From: Anaeromyxobacteraceae bacterium
GTDB lineage: Bacteria; Myxococcota; Myxococcia; Myxococcales; Anaeromyxobacteraceae
Direction of reading: 5' to 3'
NCBI GenBank assembly: GCA_035636195.1
Contig: DASPZP010000034.1
Location: forward strand, 715 to 64,714
DNA length: 64,000 nt
Positions 44,163 to 54,049 of the stretch are shown one piece after another. Within the stretch, counting starts at the first letter, position 1. Every line of letters starts with the position of its first letter. A program made the translations under genes and the position numbers. The notes beneath the pieces were generated by a model. The model worked only from the letters and a program-made list of their open reading frames with translations. It had not been told where the DNA came from and searched no databases.

Positions 44163-44834
44163 TCAGTCGAGGCTCGACAGCGCCTCGGCCACCCCGACCA
44201 GGTCATCCGCCGAGATGTCCGGCGGCTCCATGGCGGGGTGGTAGCGGCGCTCGAGCCGGGAGGCCCAGGCGGTGACGAGCCCGGCCCGGCGAGCACCCTC
44301 CAGATCCCATGCGTGGACGGCGACCATCGCGACGCGACCGGGGGCGAGCCCCATCGTCCGGGCGGCGTGCAGGTAGATGTCCTTCGCGGGCTTGTAGCGG
44401 CGGATCTCGTCGACGCCCATGACCCTCGCCACGAGCGGCAGGAGGCCGCATCGGTCGAGGAGGCCGCGCGTGGTCGCGACGCCGCCGTTCGAGAGCGTCG
44501 CCACGGTGACGCCTCGCGCGCGCAGCAGCTCGAAGGCCGGCCTCACGTCGGGGTGGGGCTCGAGCGTCCCGAACGCATCGAGGACCGCGTCGAGCCCGGC
44601 ACGGTCGGGCGCCAGGCCGTGCTGGGCGGCGAGCACCTCGAGCGCGCCGCCGGCGATCTCACGAAACGGCTTGAACGTGCCGCTCGCGTCGAGGGCAAAG
44701 GCGTCCCGCAGGATGCGCGTGAAGAAGAGGTCGAGCGCATCCGGGAGGCCCAGCGCCGCGAGCTTCGGGCGCAGGGGCGCGAGCGGGAAGAGCGTCTCGA
44801 TGACGTCGAAGACGGCAGCCGCGGGGCGGGGCAT
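44163..44834 (-). CDS. Haloacid dehalogenase type II (HAD superfamily)
   Basis: Nucleophile motif AVFDVIETLF, TLSNGG, YKPAKDIY and AVHAWDLEGA are type II HAD signatures. Confidence 0.85.
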   Translation of the reverse strand: MPRPAAAVFDVIETLFPLAPLRPKLAALGLPDALDLFFTRILRDAFALDASGTFKPFREIAGGALEVLAAQHGLAPDRAGLDAVLDAFGTLEPHPDVRPAFELLRARGVTVATLSNGGVATTRGLLDRCGLLPLVARVMGVDEIRRYKPAKDIYLHAARTMGLAPGRVAMVAVHAWDLEGARRAGLVTAWASRLERRYHPAMEPPDISADDLVGVAEALSSLD

Positions 44835-44844
44835 GCACGCTTGG

Positions 44845-46335
44845 CTAATGGGGAGCCGCGTCCGTCGCCGCCACCATCGAGCCGAGCCACCCACCGGTGA
44901 AGCCGGCCCTCCTGAGCCCGGCGGTCACGTCGGCGTTCTTCTTCAGGAGGTCCCACACGAACCCCGTGCGGTGGTTCTCGATCATCAGCAGGATGGGTCC
45001 CTGGTCGATGGCCAGGTACTGATCGTCGAACCAGCCCTGCCCGCCGGACTTGTCCGGATAGGACAGGTTGAAGGCGTCCGTGAATCCGTACTTGCGGTAC
45101 AGCCGGTCCCCGAAGCGGTCGCGCAGGTGCATCAGGGTCGGGATGGCCACCTCCGGAGCGAAGGGGACGGAGCCACCCGCCGCCGTGGGCGCGATGGTCC
45201 CATCGTCCGCCGTCGGGTCCGAGCCGGCCCCTCGCGCCCAGTAGGCGTGGAAGGGCGTCGACCCGCGTCCGTCGCTGGCGCCGTTGAGGGGGCCGTCCGA
45301 CGCCGTCAACCCCCACACCAGCTCCCCGTAGCCCTTCCACTGTCCCGGATTGGCGATGCAATAGGCGCGGTTGGCGTAAGTGGCCTGCACGGAGTTCGCG
45401 AAGTAGTCGCTCCGCTTCGACAGCATGAAGGGATCCTGGATCCCGCGGAAGTCGATCCAGACATGGGAATACTGGTGCCCGAACAGCGGGCCGAACGTCA
45501 CGTGGGCCGGCCCCTGGGCGCTCTCCCACGGGTAGGAGCGCGTCCACTCCTCCCACGCCTGCGGATCGATGGGGTGAGTCGGCGAGCCGATGGCGAGCAG
45601 GTACAGGAGCATGCCTTCGTTGTAGCCGCGCCAGTCGATGTCGATGAATCCATGCTCCGGGCTCCAGCCCATGCTGAGCAGCGGCTTGTGCCGGGGCGAG
45701 TACGCCCACGCCCAGTCGACCCGCTGGTACAGGCGGTCGGAGAGCAGGCGGATGGACCGCTCCGTCTCGTCCTGCCGGTCGAAGTACGCCTTGGAGGTGA
45801 GGACGCCGGCCATCAGCAAGGCCGTGTCGATGGTGGACAGCTCCGACTGGTCCGCGCGGACGCCGCGGCGGCTGTCCAGGAAGTGGTAGAAGAGCCCCCT
45901 GTAACCGGAGACACCGTCGGCAGCAGGACCCTGCGGCGCCCGCCACAAGGTCTCGAGGGTGGCCAGCGTCCGCGCAGCGGCCTCGCCCCGGGAGACGTAC
46001 CCCCGCTCGACCCCGACCAGGTAGGACGTCAGCGCGAAGCCGACGGCGGCCACGCTGGAGACGTCCGACCCCGGAGCGCGGTCGGGCGTGAGCCCGGTGC
46101 CCGACGGTGACGCGTCCCAGAAGAACTTGAACGTGTCGCGCTGGAGCTCGTCGAGGAACGCCTGCTGCTGGGGCGAGGGCCGATACGGCTGCGCCGCGGC
46201 TGGCCGAGGCGCCGCATTTTCGTCACGCGCCGGCACGGTCGCAGGCATGAGGCCCAGCAGCACCGGCCCAGCGTACAGCAGCACACACGCGCTGGTGCGG
46301 ACGAGCCTCGAACGTCCGTCTGGTCGTCTGTCCAT
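44845..46335 (-). CDS. Secreted GH144-like (DUF3131 / putative glucoamylase fold) candidate endo-beta-1,2-glucanase
   Basis: Signal-like N-terminus. LDELQRDTFKFFWD, TIDTALLMAGVL and YLAIDQGPILLMIENHRTG match my recall of the DUF3131/GH144 family. Divergent from opgG. Confidence 0.7.
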   Translation of the reverse strand: MDRRPDGRSRLVRTSACVLLYAGPVLLGLMPATVPARDENAAPRPAAAQPYRPSPQQQAFLDELQRDTFKFFWDASPSGTGLTPDRAPGSDVSSVAAVGFALTSYLVGVERGYVSRGEAAARTLATLETLWRAPQGPAADGVSGYRGLFYHFLDSRRGVRADQSELSTIDTALLMAGVLTSKAYFDRQDETERSIRLLSDRLYQRVDWAWAYSPRHKPLLSMGWSPEHGFIDIDWRGYNEGMLLYLLAIGSPTHPIDPQAWEEWTRSYPWESAQGPAHVTFGPLFGHQYSHVWIDFRGIQDPFMLSKRSDYFANSVQATYANRAYCIANPGQWKGYGELVWGLTASDGPLNGASDGRGSTPFHAYWARGAGSDPTADDGTIAPTAAGGSVPFAPEVAIPTLMHLRDRFGDRLYRKYGFTDAFNLSYPDKSGGQGWFDDQYLAIDQGPILLMIENHRTGFVWDLLKKNADVTAGLRRAGFTGGWLGSMVAATDAAPH

Positions 46336-46463
46336 GCGGTCGCTGAAACCGGCCGGATGGCAGACGATATTCCCCCTTCAGAGGGCTCAGAAACTTGCGG
46401 GGGCGAAATGGGCCGCTGACTACCCAGGATTGCTGTCCGGCCTCATCGTGAGCAAAAGCACAA

Positions 46464-48068
46464 ATGGCCGCAATCCCAAGACGAAAATTCCGACCAGCTC
46501 TGCGCTGGGAACCGCTGCTGCTGGCCACGCTCGGGACGGGCTTCGCGATGGCCGCTGCGGCTCAGGGAGCGGCCGAGCGCCCGCCCGATGGGGGCTCGCC
46601 CGCCCAGCCGGGCATCGCCCGCAGCGGGTCGTTCGACGCCGAGACGGTGGTCGGGCTGGCCCGCGCCCTGGCGAGGTCCCCCTTCGTCCCACCGGTCTCG
46701 ACGGTTCCCGAGTCTCTGGCGAAGCTGCAGTACGATCAGTATCGAGACATTCGCTTCGACCCCGCCGCCAGCCTCTGGGCCCAGCCGGGCCGGAAGTTCC
46801 GTCTGCAGCTCCTCTCGCTCGGGTACCTCTTCACCACCCCGGTCGAGATCGCGATCATCGCGGACGGCAAGGCTCAACACCTCGCCTACCGCGCGGACAT
46901 GTTCACGATTGGTAAGCTCGTCCCGGTGCCCCTGCCGACGCAGGACATCGGCTTCTCGGGATTCCGCCTGCTCTACCCGATCAACGACCCGCGACGCTTC
47001 GACGAGGTGGCGGTCTTCCAGGGCGCGAGCTACTTCCGCTCGCTCGGTCGCGACCAGGCCTACGGCTTGTCCGCGCGCGGGCTCGCCCTCAAGGTCGGAG
47101 ACGCGACGGGCGAGGAGTTCCCGACGTTCCGCGCGTTCTGGATCGAGGAGCCCAAGCCCCGGAGCTCCACCGTGACGCTGCACGCGCTGCTCGACAGCCC
47201 GAGCGTCACGGGAGCTTTCCGCTTCGAGGTCCGCCCTGGCCGTGAAACCACCATGCTCGTCGAGGCGGTGCTCTTTCCCAGGGTCGAGCTGAAGGAGGTG
47301 GGGTTCGCCCCGGGCACCAGCATGTTCATGTTCTCGGCGAGCGGCCGCATCGGCGTCGACGATTTTCGCCCCCAGGTCCACGACTCGGATGGGCTCCTTG
47401 TCCTCAACGGTCGCGGCGAGCACCTGTGGAGACCGCTGGCGAATCCGGCCAAGCTCCAGCTCAGCTCCTTCGCGGATCAGAACCCACGGGGGTTCGGGCT
47501 CATGCAGCGCAACCGGAATCTCGCCGACTACCAGGACTTCGGTGCGCACCACGAGCGCCGCCCGAGCCTGTGGGTCGAGCCGGTTGGCGACTGGGGAGAG
47601 GGTGACGTGATCCTGACCGAGATCCCATCCGACGCGGAGATCCACGACAACGTCGTGGCCTTCTGGCGCCCCCGCAAACCTCTGGCTGCGGGATCCGAGT
47701 TCCACGTTGCGTACCGGCTGTCCTGGGGTGACGAGCCGAGCGCCGCCCAGGACCGCCTCCGCGTGCTGGCGACCGCCTTCGGCCGGGCGGACGTCAAGGC
47801 CCCCACGACGGTGCGGCGGTTCGTCATCGACTACTCGCCGGAGCAGCAGGAGGGCCGCACCGCGCGCGCGCCGCCGAACGCCACCGTGACGGCCTCGGCC
47901 GGCAAGGTCCAGGACGTGGTCGTGAGCGACAACCCGCTCACCCGCGGCTACCGGGTCACCTTCACGCTCGACCCGGAGAAGTCGGAGGTGTGCGAGCTGC
48001 GCCTCGAATTGGCTTTCGACGAAGACCGGTGTGCGGAGGTCTGGCTGTACCGATGGACGAAGCCTTGA
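46464..48068 (+). CDS. opgG: Periplasmic glucan biosynthesis protein OpgG/MdoG family
   Basis: 534 aa. YDQYRDIRF, GFSGFRL, FQGASYFRS, GLSARGLA and EEFPTFRAFWIE are MdoG-family motifs. Confidence 0.9.
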   Translation: MAAIPRRKFRPALRWEPLLLATLGTGFAMAAAAQGAAERPPDGGSPAQPGIARSGSFDAETVVGLARALARSPFVPPVSTVPESLAKLQYDQYRDIRFDPAASLWAQPGRKFRLQLLSLGYLFTTPVEIAIIADGKAQHLAYRADMFTIGKLVPVPLPTQDIGFSGFRLLYPINDPRRFDEVAVFQGASYFRSLGRDQAYGLSARGLALKVGDATGEEFPTFRAFWIEEPKPRSSTVTLHALLDSPSVTGAFRFEVRPGRETTMLVEAVLFPRVELKEVGFAPGTSMFMFSASGRIGVDDFRPQVHDSDGLLVLNGRGEHLWRPLANPAKLQLSSFADQNPRGFGLMQRNRNLADYQDFGAHHERRPSLWVEPVGDWGEGDVILTEIPSDAEIHDNVVAFWRPRKPLAAGSEFHVAYRLSWGDEPSAAQDRLRVLATAFGRADVKAPTTVRRFVIDYSPEQQEGRTARAPPNATVTASAGKVQDVVVSDNPLTRGYRVTFTLDPEKSEVCELRLELAFDEDRCAEVWLYRWTKP

Positions 48069-50221
48069 GGGAGCTCGGTCACAACGCCATCTCGATCGAC
48101 CGGGGCGCGGGGGGCATGCCGCCCGAGGCTCCGAGCCCGATGCCGTCGCAACCCCTCGCGCGGTTCGACGAGCGGTCCCGGCGAACTCTGCGGCGCGCTC
48201 GGCGATTGCGCTCGAGCTTGCGGAGGCTGCTCGTCCTCGGGACGTCCGCGGCGCTGGCCGCGGTCGCGATCGACGAGATGCGGCTCGCCCTGGCGGTCGG
48301 CCACGTGACCGTCCTCTCGATCGTGGCCCTGACGCTCTTCGCCATCAACATCGCCTGGATCAGCATTCCGTTCGTGGTGTCGGTCGTCGGCTTCCTGCGG
48401 GTGGTCGGTCGCCGCGGCAGCGCACCGCCGCACGGCGGCGCGCTGTCGAGCCGCACGGCGCTCCTGATGCCCACCTACAACGAGGATCCCGCCCGCGTCG
48501 CCGCGGCGCTCGACGCGATGGCGCACGACCTCGTGGCCCACGGCGAAGGACACTCGTTCGACGTCTTCCTGCTCAGCGACTCCACGCGCGGCGACATCGC
48601 CCTCGGCGAGCAGGAAGCGGTATGGACCTTGCGCCGCCGTCTCGGCGACGGCATCCGCATCTACTACCGCCGGCGCGCCGAGAACACCGCGCGCAAGCCC
48701 GGCAACATCCGGGACTTCTGCGAGCGCTGGGGGAGAGCCTACGACCACCTGCTGATCCTGGACGCCGACAGCCTGATGGACGGCGCCACCCTCGTGCGCC
48801 TGGCGCAGCGCATGGAGGCGGACCCGGACGCAGGGCTCATCCAGACGTTGCCGCGCCTCCACCAGGGGAAGACGCTGCTGGCCCGGCTGCACCAGTTCGC
48901 CGGGAGGCTCTACGGCTCGATGCTGGGGGAGGGCCTCGCGTGGTGGGCCGGGGACGAGGCCACCTTCTGGGGCCACAACGCCATCCTGCGGACGGAGGCC
49001 TTCATGACCTCCGCCGGTCTCCCGGTGCTCCCGGGCGAGCCGCCCTTCGGCGGACCCATCCTGAGCCACGACTTCGTCGAGGCGGCGCTGATCCGGCGAG
49101 GCGGCTGGAGCGTGTCGATCGCCGCCGACCTGGAGGGTTCGTACGAGGAGTGCCCCTCCTCGCTCGTCGACCAGGCGATCCGCGATCGGCGCTGGTGCCA
49201 GGGCAACCTCCAGCACGTGCGCGTCCTGACGGCGAAGGGCCTGCACTGGGTCAGTCGACTGCACCTCGTCGCCGGCATCATGTCGTACCTGTCATCGCCG
49301 TTCTGGCTGCTGTTCGTCGTGTCCGCGCTGGCGCTCGGCGTCCAGTACGAGTTCGCACGGCAGCAGTACTTCGCCCACACCCCCACGCTCTTTCCCCTCT
49401 GGCCGCGCATCGATCCCGAGCGGGCGATCCGACTCTTCGGCCTCACCATGGGGATCCTGCTCGGCCCCAAGGTGCTGGGGTGGCTCTCGGTCGTCGTGAG
49501 CCCGCGGCGGCTGCGCGAGAGCGGTGGGCTCCTGCTGGTCTCGCTCGGCTTCCTGCTGGAGCTGCTGGTCTCGGCGCTCATCGCTCCCATCCAGGCGCTG
49601 ATTCACTGCGGGTTGGTGGCGGACGTGTTGCGCGGCCGGGACTCGGGCTGGCGGGCGCAGCACCGCGAAGGAGCCAGCTTGCCGTGGTCCCTCGTCCTCC
49701 GCCGCCACCGCTGGCACGCCGTCGCAGGCGTGGCGCTGGCGCTCGTCGCCTACGGCATCTCGTGGCAGATGCTGGCCTGGCTCGCGCCAGCCGTCGTCGG
49801 GATGGTGCTCTCGGCACCCTTGTCCAAGCTCGTCGCCTCCTCCGGCGTGGGCCGCCGCGTCCAGCGCCTCGGCCTCTTGCGAACGCCGGAGGAGACACGG
49901 GTGCCGGCGATCGCCCGGGCCGCCGACGCAGCCTTCCCGCTGTATCGCGAGGCCCTCGCCCGGACGCCGGACCTGGCCGGCGTCGCCGGCGACGCCAAGC
50001 TGCTGGAGCGCCACCTCGCCCTCACCGACCGGGCGCCCCCGCGGCCGAACGGGAACTTCGACGCGGTGGAAGCGCTGGCGGAGAAGAAGATCCGGGTCGC
50101 GCGCAGCAGGAGGGAGGCCGTCGCCAGCCTCACTCCGGAGGAGCGGGCTCGCGTCCAGGCGCTGCCTCCGCTGCTGAGCTTGCTCTCCCGGCTCGTTCCC
50201 AACGAAGAACTCAAGTCGTGA
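48053..50221 (+). CDS. opgH: Glucans biosynthesis glucosyltransferase OpgH/MdoH (GT2)
   Basis: LMPTYNEDP, DADSLM, QTLP and RWCQGNLQH (QxxRW-type) with flanking TM bundles. Overlaps opgG by 16 nt. Confidence 0.9.
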   Translation: MDEALRELGHNAISIDRGAGGMPPEAPSPMPSQPLARFDERSRRTLRRARRLRSSLRRLLVLGTSAALAAVAIDEMRLALAVGHVTVLSIVALTLFAINIAWISIPFVVSVVGFLRVVGRRGSAPPHGGALSSRTALLMPTYNEDPARVAAALDAMAHDLVAHGEGHSFDVFLLSDSTRGDIALGEQEAVWTLRRRLGDGIRIYYRRRAENTARKPGNIRDFCERWGRAYDHLLILDADSLMDGATLVRLAQRMEADPDAGLIQTLPRLHQGKTLLARLHQFAGRLYGSMLGEGLAWWAGDEATFWGHNAILRTEAFMTSAGLPVLPGEPPFGGPILSHDFVEAALIRRGGWSVSIAADLEGSYEECPSSLVDQAIRDRRWCQGNLQHVRVLTAKGLHWVSRLHLVAGIMSYLSSPFWLLFVVSALALGVQYEFARQQYFAHTPTLFPLWPRIDPERAIRLFGLTMGILLGPKVLGWLSVVVSPRRLRESGGLLLVSLGFLLELLVSALIAPIQALIHCGLVADVLRGRDSGWRAQHREGASLPWSLVLRRHRWHAVAGVALALVAYGISWQMLAWLAPAVVGMVLSAPLSKLVASSGVGRRVQRLGLLRTPEETRVPAIARAADAAFPLYREALARTPDLAGVAGDAKLLERHLALTDRAPPRPNGNFDAVEALAEKKIRVARSRREAVASLTPEERARVQALPPLLSLLSRLVPNEELKS

Positions 50222-50293
50222 AGGCTCGTCGCCGCCGCGCCTACAGTCGCTCACGTCTGCATTCACGGTAAGTAGACGTGAACGGGCAGCGCG

Positions 50294-50323
50294 TTGACAG
50301 TCGCCCTCGGAGATCCGTACGGT
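50294..50323 (+). promoter_or_regulatory. Sigma-70-type promoter candidate TTGACA-N18-TACGGT
   Basis: Exact -35 hexamer at 50294-50299 and a TAnnnT hexamer at 50318-50323, in the lower-GC intergenic region upstream of the Roadblock/PATAN operon. Confidence 0.3.
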
Positions 50324-50330
50324 TCCTTCT

Positions 50331-50364
50331 GCGGCAATAAGCCGCGTCCGCGGCAATCAGCCGC
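50331..50364. promoter_or_regulatory. Two tandem 15-bp palindromes GCGGCAATAAGCCGC / GCGGCAATCAGCCGC (operator or 5-prime UTR hairpins)
   Basis: 50331-50345 and 50350-50364, centres 19 bp apart. They lie directly downstream of the promoter candidate and abut ATG 50365. Confidence 0.35.
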
Positions 50365-52512
50365 ATGAGCCGTCTCCTCGGATCTCCGGGAACCGCCGAT
50401 GGCCGAAGCATTCCCCACCGACGACGGTGCAGCCGGCCGGCACCTCCCATGAGCACGCCATCCCTGTTCGACGGGCTGTCAGGAATCCGCGGAGCAGTGA
50501 CGGCCGACCTGCGCGGCCTGCGACTGCGCGGGCCCACCGGCGCGCCGGAGCTACCCGGGCACGACGCCCACGCCACGGCAGCCGCCATGTCCGAGCTCAT
50601 GGCCGCCGGCATCGCCGCGGGACTGACGCGCCTCGACCTCGTCTCGATCAAGGGAGACCGTTCGTCCACCGTGACCGCGGTCCGGCCCGACGCGTTCATC
50701 GTGGTGGCGCTCGATCCGGCGAGCCGGACGATCGGGCTCGAGAAGGCGCTGCAGGCCTGGACGCCGGCGGCCAGGTCCAGCTCGCCCGAGCGGAGCCCAG
50801 CGGAGCCGCGTCCGGCGTCGATCGCGCCGGCGCCCCCGTCGCCAGAGGCTCCGCAGGTTGCTCCGGCCCAGCCGGCCGCTGCTTCGGGCGGGCCGGCCCG
50901 CGACGACCCCTGGGCCTGCCTGCGCTGGTCGCTCGTGCGCGGTCAGCTCACCGAGGCGGCCTCGCGGCAGCGGGACCTCGGCGCCGCCGAGGAAACCGGC
51001 CGCCCTGGCGCGGAACCCCTGGAGGCGGCCGAGCGCGACTGCGCGATGCAGGCCCTGCTCGAGGGGATCGGCGGCGTCATGGCCGGCGATGGCGTGGGTG
51101 GCGCGCGCAGCCTGCGTGACGTCGCCAGCCCATCGCAGCGCAACCTCTCCTTCCGCTGGCTCGCGCTCCACTGGACGGCGCGCGCCGCCCTCGAGGGCGG
51201 CGGCTTCGCCGCGGCGCGCCCGCACGTCAAGGAGGCGCTCGCACTCGCCCAGCAGCTCGACGTCGAGACCCGCGCGGTGAGCCAGTGGACCGCCGCCGAG
51301 GTCCTCGCGCGCGGCGGCGATCACGACCGGGCGCTCGCCTGGCTCGGCGAGGCTCGCGCGCGCTTCACGCGGATCGGAGACCGGTGGGGACTCGCGCAGA
51401 CCTGGCTCTGTCAATCCCGGATGCTGTCCTCGCTGCAGCGCGAGGAAGAAGCGGCCGAGGCCGCGCGCCAGGCGTGGGCGGCCGATCCGAGCGGGGACGA
51501 GCCGCCGATCTTCCTGGCGCGCTGCGCCCTGTTGCGCCAGGACGTCCCCGAGGCAGAGCGGATCCTGCGCTCCGTCGCGACTCCGGCGGCGGACCGCGTT
51601 CGGACGCTCATCGCGGCGCTGCGCCAAGGCTTGGTGAACCAGGCCGATGCGAGCGAGTTCCTGCGCGAGCACGCCGCGCCTCCCACCGCCGCTGCCATCG
51701 GCGCGCTGGAACGGATCGCCGGAACGTCGCCCCGCTTCCTGCAGGCGCGCGAGTCGCTGGCCTGGATGCTGCTCAAGGTGGGGCGCTACGCCGAGTCGAG
51801 CACCATCTTTCGCGGGCTCCTGGAGCAACCGCTGACCCCCGGGGATCGATCGTCGGTGATGCTCGGGCTCGGCTGCATCTCCAACGCGCAGCAGGCCGGG
51901 GCGGCGCAGGCGGCGCCTCCCCCGCTGCCACGGACGCCCGGCCCGGCCGCACCGGCGGGGCGGCGGCCCGCCGAAGGGTCCGGCGCCAACGCGATGTTCT
52001 CCGGGCAGCTCAGCATCTTCGCGCTGCCCGACCTGCTCGAGTTCCTGCGGAGCGCGCGGCGCACGGGGCTCCTCGTGTGCAGCTCGGCGGCCGGGATGGG
52101 CAAGCTCCGCCTCCGCGATGGCCGCATCACGAGCGCCGTCTCGCCGGGGGGCACTCCCGGCGTCGGCCAGCTCCTCCTCCACGCCCGGAAGGTCTCGCCG
52201 CTCGCGCTCACGGCCATCGCCCCGAAGGACCTGGCGGAGCAGCCCGACCACGTGGTCGGCCAGCGGCTCGTCCGCGAGGGCCTGGTGGAGGCCGCCGACG
52301 TGCACGCGGCGCTGGAGCGCCGGGTCGAGCTGACCGTGCGGGAGCTCCTCGCGTGGAAGGACGGGGAGTTCGCCTTCAGCCGCGACGGCGAGGGCGAGCC
52401 TGAGCGGACCGAGCTCTCGGTGGAGGTGGATCCGCAGGTGGTGCTGCTCAACTTCTTCAAGGAGCAGGACGAGTACGGCCGCGCTGGCGCGGCCGCCGGA
52501 GCGCAGCGCTAG
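50365..52512 (+). CDS. Roadblock/LC7-like N-domain + TPR-like helical region + C-terminal DUF4388 (PATAN) domain protein
   Basis: N-terminus LFDGLSGIRGAVTADLRG...VSIKGDRSSTVTAVRPDAFIVVALDP is Roadblock-like. C-terminus FSGQLSIFALPDLLEFLRSARRTGLLVCSS is the DUF4388 signature. The start may be ATG 50449. Confidence 0.75.
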   Translation: MSRLLGSPGTADGRSIPHRRRCSRPAPPMSTPSLFDGLSGIRGAVTADLRGLRLRGPTGAPELPGHDAHATAAAMSELMAAGIAAGLTRLDLVSIKGDRSSTVTAVRPDAFIVVALDPASRTIGLEKALQAWTPAARSSSPERSPAEPRPASIAPAPPSPEAPQVAPAQPAAASGGPARDDPWACLRWSLVRGQLTEAASRQRDLGAAEETGRPGAEPLEAAERDCAMQALLEGIGGVMAGDGVGGARSLRDVASPSQRNLSFRWLALHWTARAALEGGGFAAARPHVKEALALAQQLDVETRAVSQWTAAEVLARGGDHDRALAWLGEARARFTRIGDRWGLAQTWLCQSRMLSSLQREEEAAEAARQAWAADPSGDEPPIFLARCALLRQDVPEAERILRSVATPAADRVRTLIAALRQGLVNQADASEFLREHAAPPTAAAIGALERIAGTSPRFLQARESLAWMLLKVGRYAESSTIFRGLLEQPLTPGDRSSVMLGLGCISNAQQAGAAQAAPPPLPRTPGPAAPAGRRPAEGSGANAMFSGQLSIFALPDLLEFLRSARRTGLLVCSSAAGMGKLRLRDGRITSAVSPGGTPGVGQLLLHARKVSPLALTAIAPKDLAEQPDHVVGQRLVREGLVEAADVHAALERRVELTVRELLAWKDGEFAFSRDGEGEPERTELSVEVDPQVVLLNFFKEQDEYGRAGAAAGAQR

Positions 52513-52524
52513 CCGCTCCCTGCC

Positions 52525-54000
52525 ATGAACCGCTCCGCATCCTTCCCGCTGCCCGGCGCACCGTCCACCGCGGACCTGACCCACCTGGTCGGCGTGAAGC
52601 TCGGCAATTACCGGCTGGAGCGCTTGATCGGGCGCGGCAGGATGGGCGTCGTGTACCTCGCCAACGACGTGGCGCTGCTGCGGCCGACCGCGGTCAAGGT
52701 GCTGTCGTGGAGCGCCGCCGAGGCCCAGGGCCAGGACCCCGTGCAGTGGTTCCTCGCGGAGGCGCGGCTCGTCGCGCGGATCAACCATCCGCGCGTCGTG
52801 CAGATCTATGGGGCCGCGCGTCACGGCGGCTACTGCTACATCGCGATGGAGTACGTGCCCGGCCAGTCGGTCGAGGCGGCGCTCGCCGAGTGCGGGACCA
52901 TGCCGCCGGAGCGCGCGACCGACGTCCTGTTGCAGGCGGCGTCCGCGTTGCACGCGGCGCACCGCTCGGGCGTGGTCCACCGCGACGTGAAGCCGGCGAA
53001 CCTCCTCATCGGCAGCGACGGCGTCACCAAGCTCGGGGACTTCGGGATGGCGTTCGGCGCGGCGGGCGCTCCCGTCGGGCAAGCGCGCGTGCGGGCCGGG
53101 ACGCCCTATTACACCGCGCCGGAGGTCTGGCGGGGAGAGCCCGCCACCGCCGCCTCGGACATCTATTCGCTGGGTGCGACCTACTTCGAGCTCCTCACCG
53201 GGCGCCCGCCGTTTCCTGGCACGGACGTCGCGGCGGTCGAGCAGGCGCACCTGCGCGCGCCGGTCCCCGACCCGCGCGAGGTCGCGCCGGGCCTCCCCGC
53301 CTCGTGCGCTGCGCTGCTCCAGCGCGCGCTGGCGAAGTCGCCGCGGGAGCGCCACGCCTCGGCGCAGCTGCTGGCGCAGGACGGGCGGCAGGTGCTGCAG
53401 GAGCTCACGGCGGCAGGCGAGTCCGTGGCGGGGCCTCGGACACGCACGCCGCCTTCGCCGCCGGCGCGCCGGCCCCTCTCTCCCGTCGAGGGGCTCCTGG
53501 CGAGCGAGCTCGGCTTCGCTCACCGTCCGTTCTTCACGGCCGACCCGTCGGCGTGCGCGCCGCTCGCTCGCGAGCAGGTCCCGGCCTACGTCCGGAGCTG
53601 GGTCGAGGCGACGCTCGCGCCGCACGCGGCGCCCATCGTCTTCTCTCCCGACGCGCTCCGCTTGATGGCGCTCCGCTCCGAAGGCGCGCTCCCCCAGCTC
53701 GACTGCATCGCCGAGAACATGCTGGTGCTCGCCGCCGCTGGACATTGCCGCACGCTCACGTCCTGGCACGCCTGGGCGGCCTCGGACCGGGAGCGCTGGT
53801 CGGTGCAGCCGCCGCCCACCGCGCTGCCGACGCGCCCCGCCCACTGGCCCCCACCGGACGTGATCGCCGTCCTCGATGCGTGCCGCCGCGGCGCTGGCGT
53901 CCCGCCCTGGCCGCGGGCGAGCCGCGCGGTGGACGCCGCGGTCGCGGTGGTCGGTAGCCCGCAGATACCTTCTGTAGCGACGAGACGAGGTGACCCGTGA
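52525..54000 (+). CDS. Ser/Thr protein kinase (Hanks type) with an uncharacterised C-terminal domain
   Basis: GRGRMGVVY...AVK, HRDVKPANLL, DFG and APE motifs. The C-terminal 200 aa resemble the tail of ExeA-like AAA proteins but show no Walker motifs. Confidence 0.9.
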   Translation: MNRSASFPLPGAPSTADLTHLVGVKLGNYRLERLIGRGRMGVVYLANDVALLRPTAVKVLSWSAAEAQGQDPVQWFLAEARLVARINHPRVVQIYGAARHGGYCYIAMEYVPGQSVEAALAECGTMPPERATDVLLQAASALHAAHRSGVVHRDVKPANLLIGSDGVTKLGDFGMAFGAAGAPVGQARVRAGTPYYTAPEVWRGEPATAASDIYSLGATYFELLTGRPPFPGTDVAAVEQAHLRAPVPDPREVAPGLPASCAALLQRALAKSPRERHASAQLLAQDGRQVLQELTAAGESVAGPRTRTPPSPPARRPLSPVEGLLASELGFAHRPFFTADPSACAPLAREQVPAYVRSWVEATLAPHAAPIVFSPDALRLMALRSEGALPQLDCIAENMLVLAAAGHCRTLTSWHAWAASDRERWSVQPPPTALPTRPAHWPPPDVIAVLDACRRGAGVPPWPRASRAVDAAVAVVGSPQIPSVATRRGDP

Positions 54001-54049
54001 TGCCGGCGAGCGCTTCGCAGCGGTCCAGCGTGTTCCAGGGAGCGAGCCC

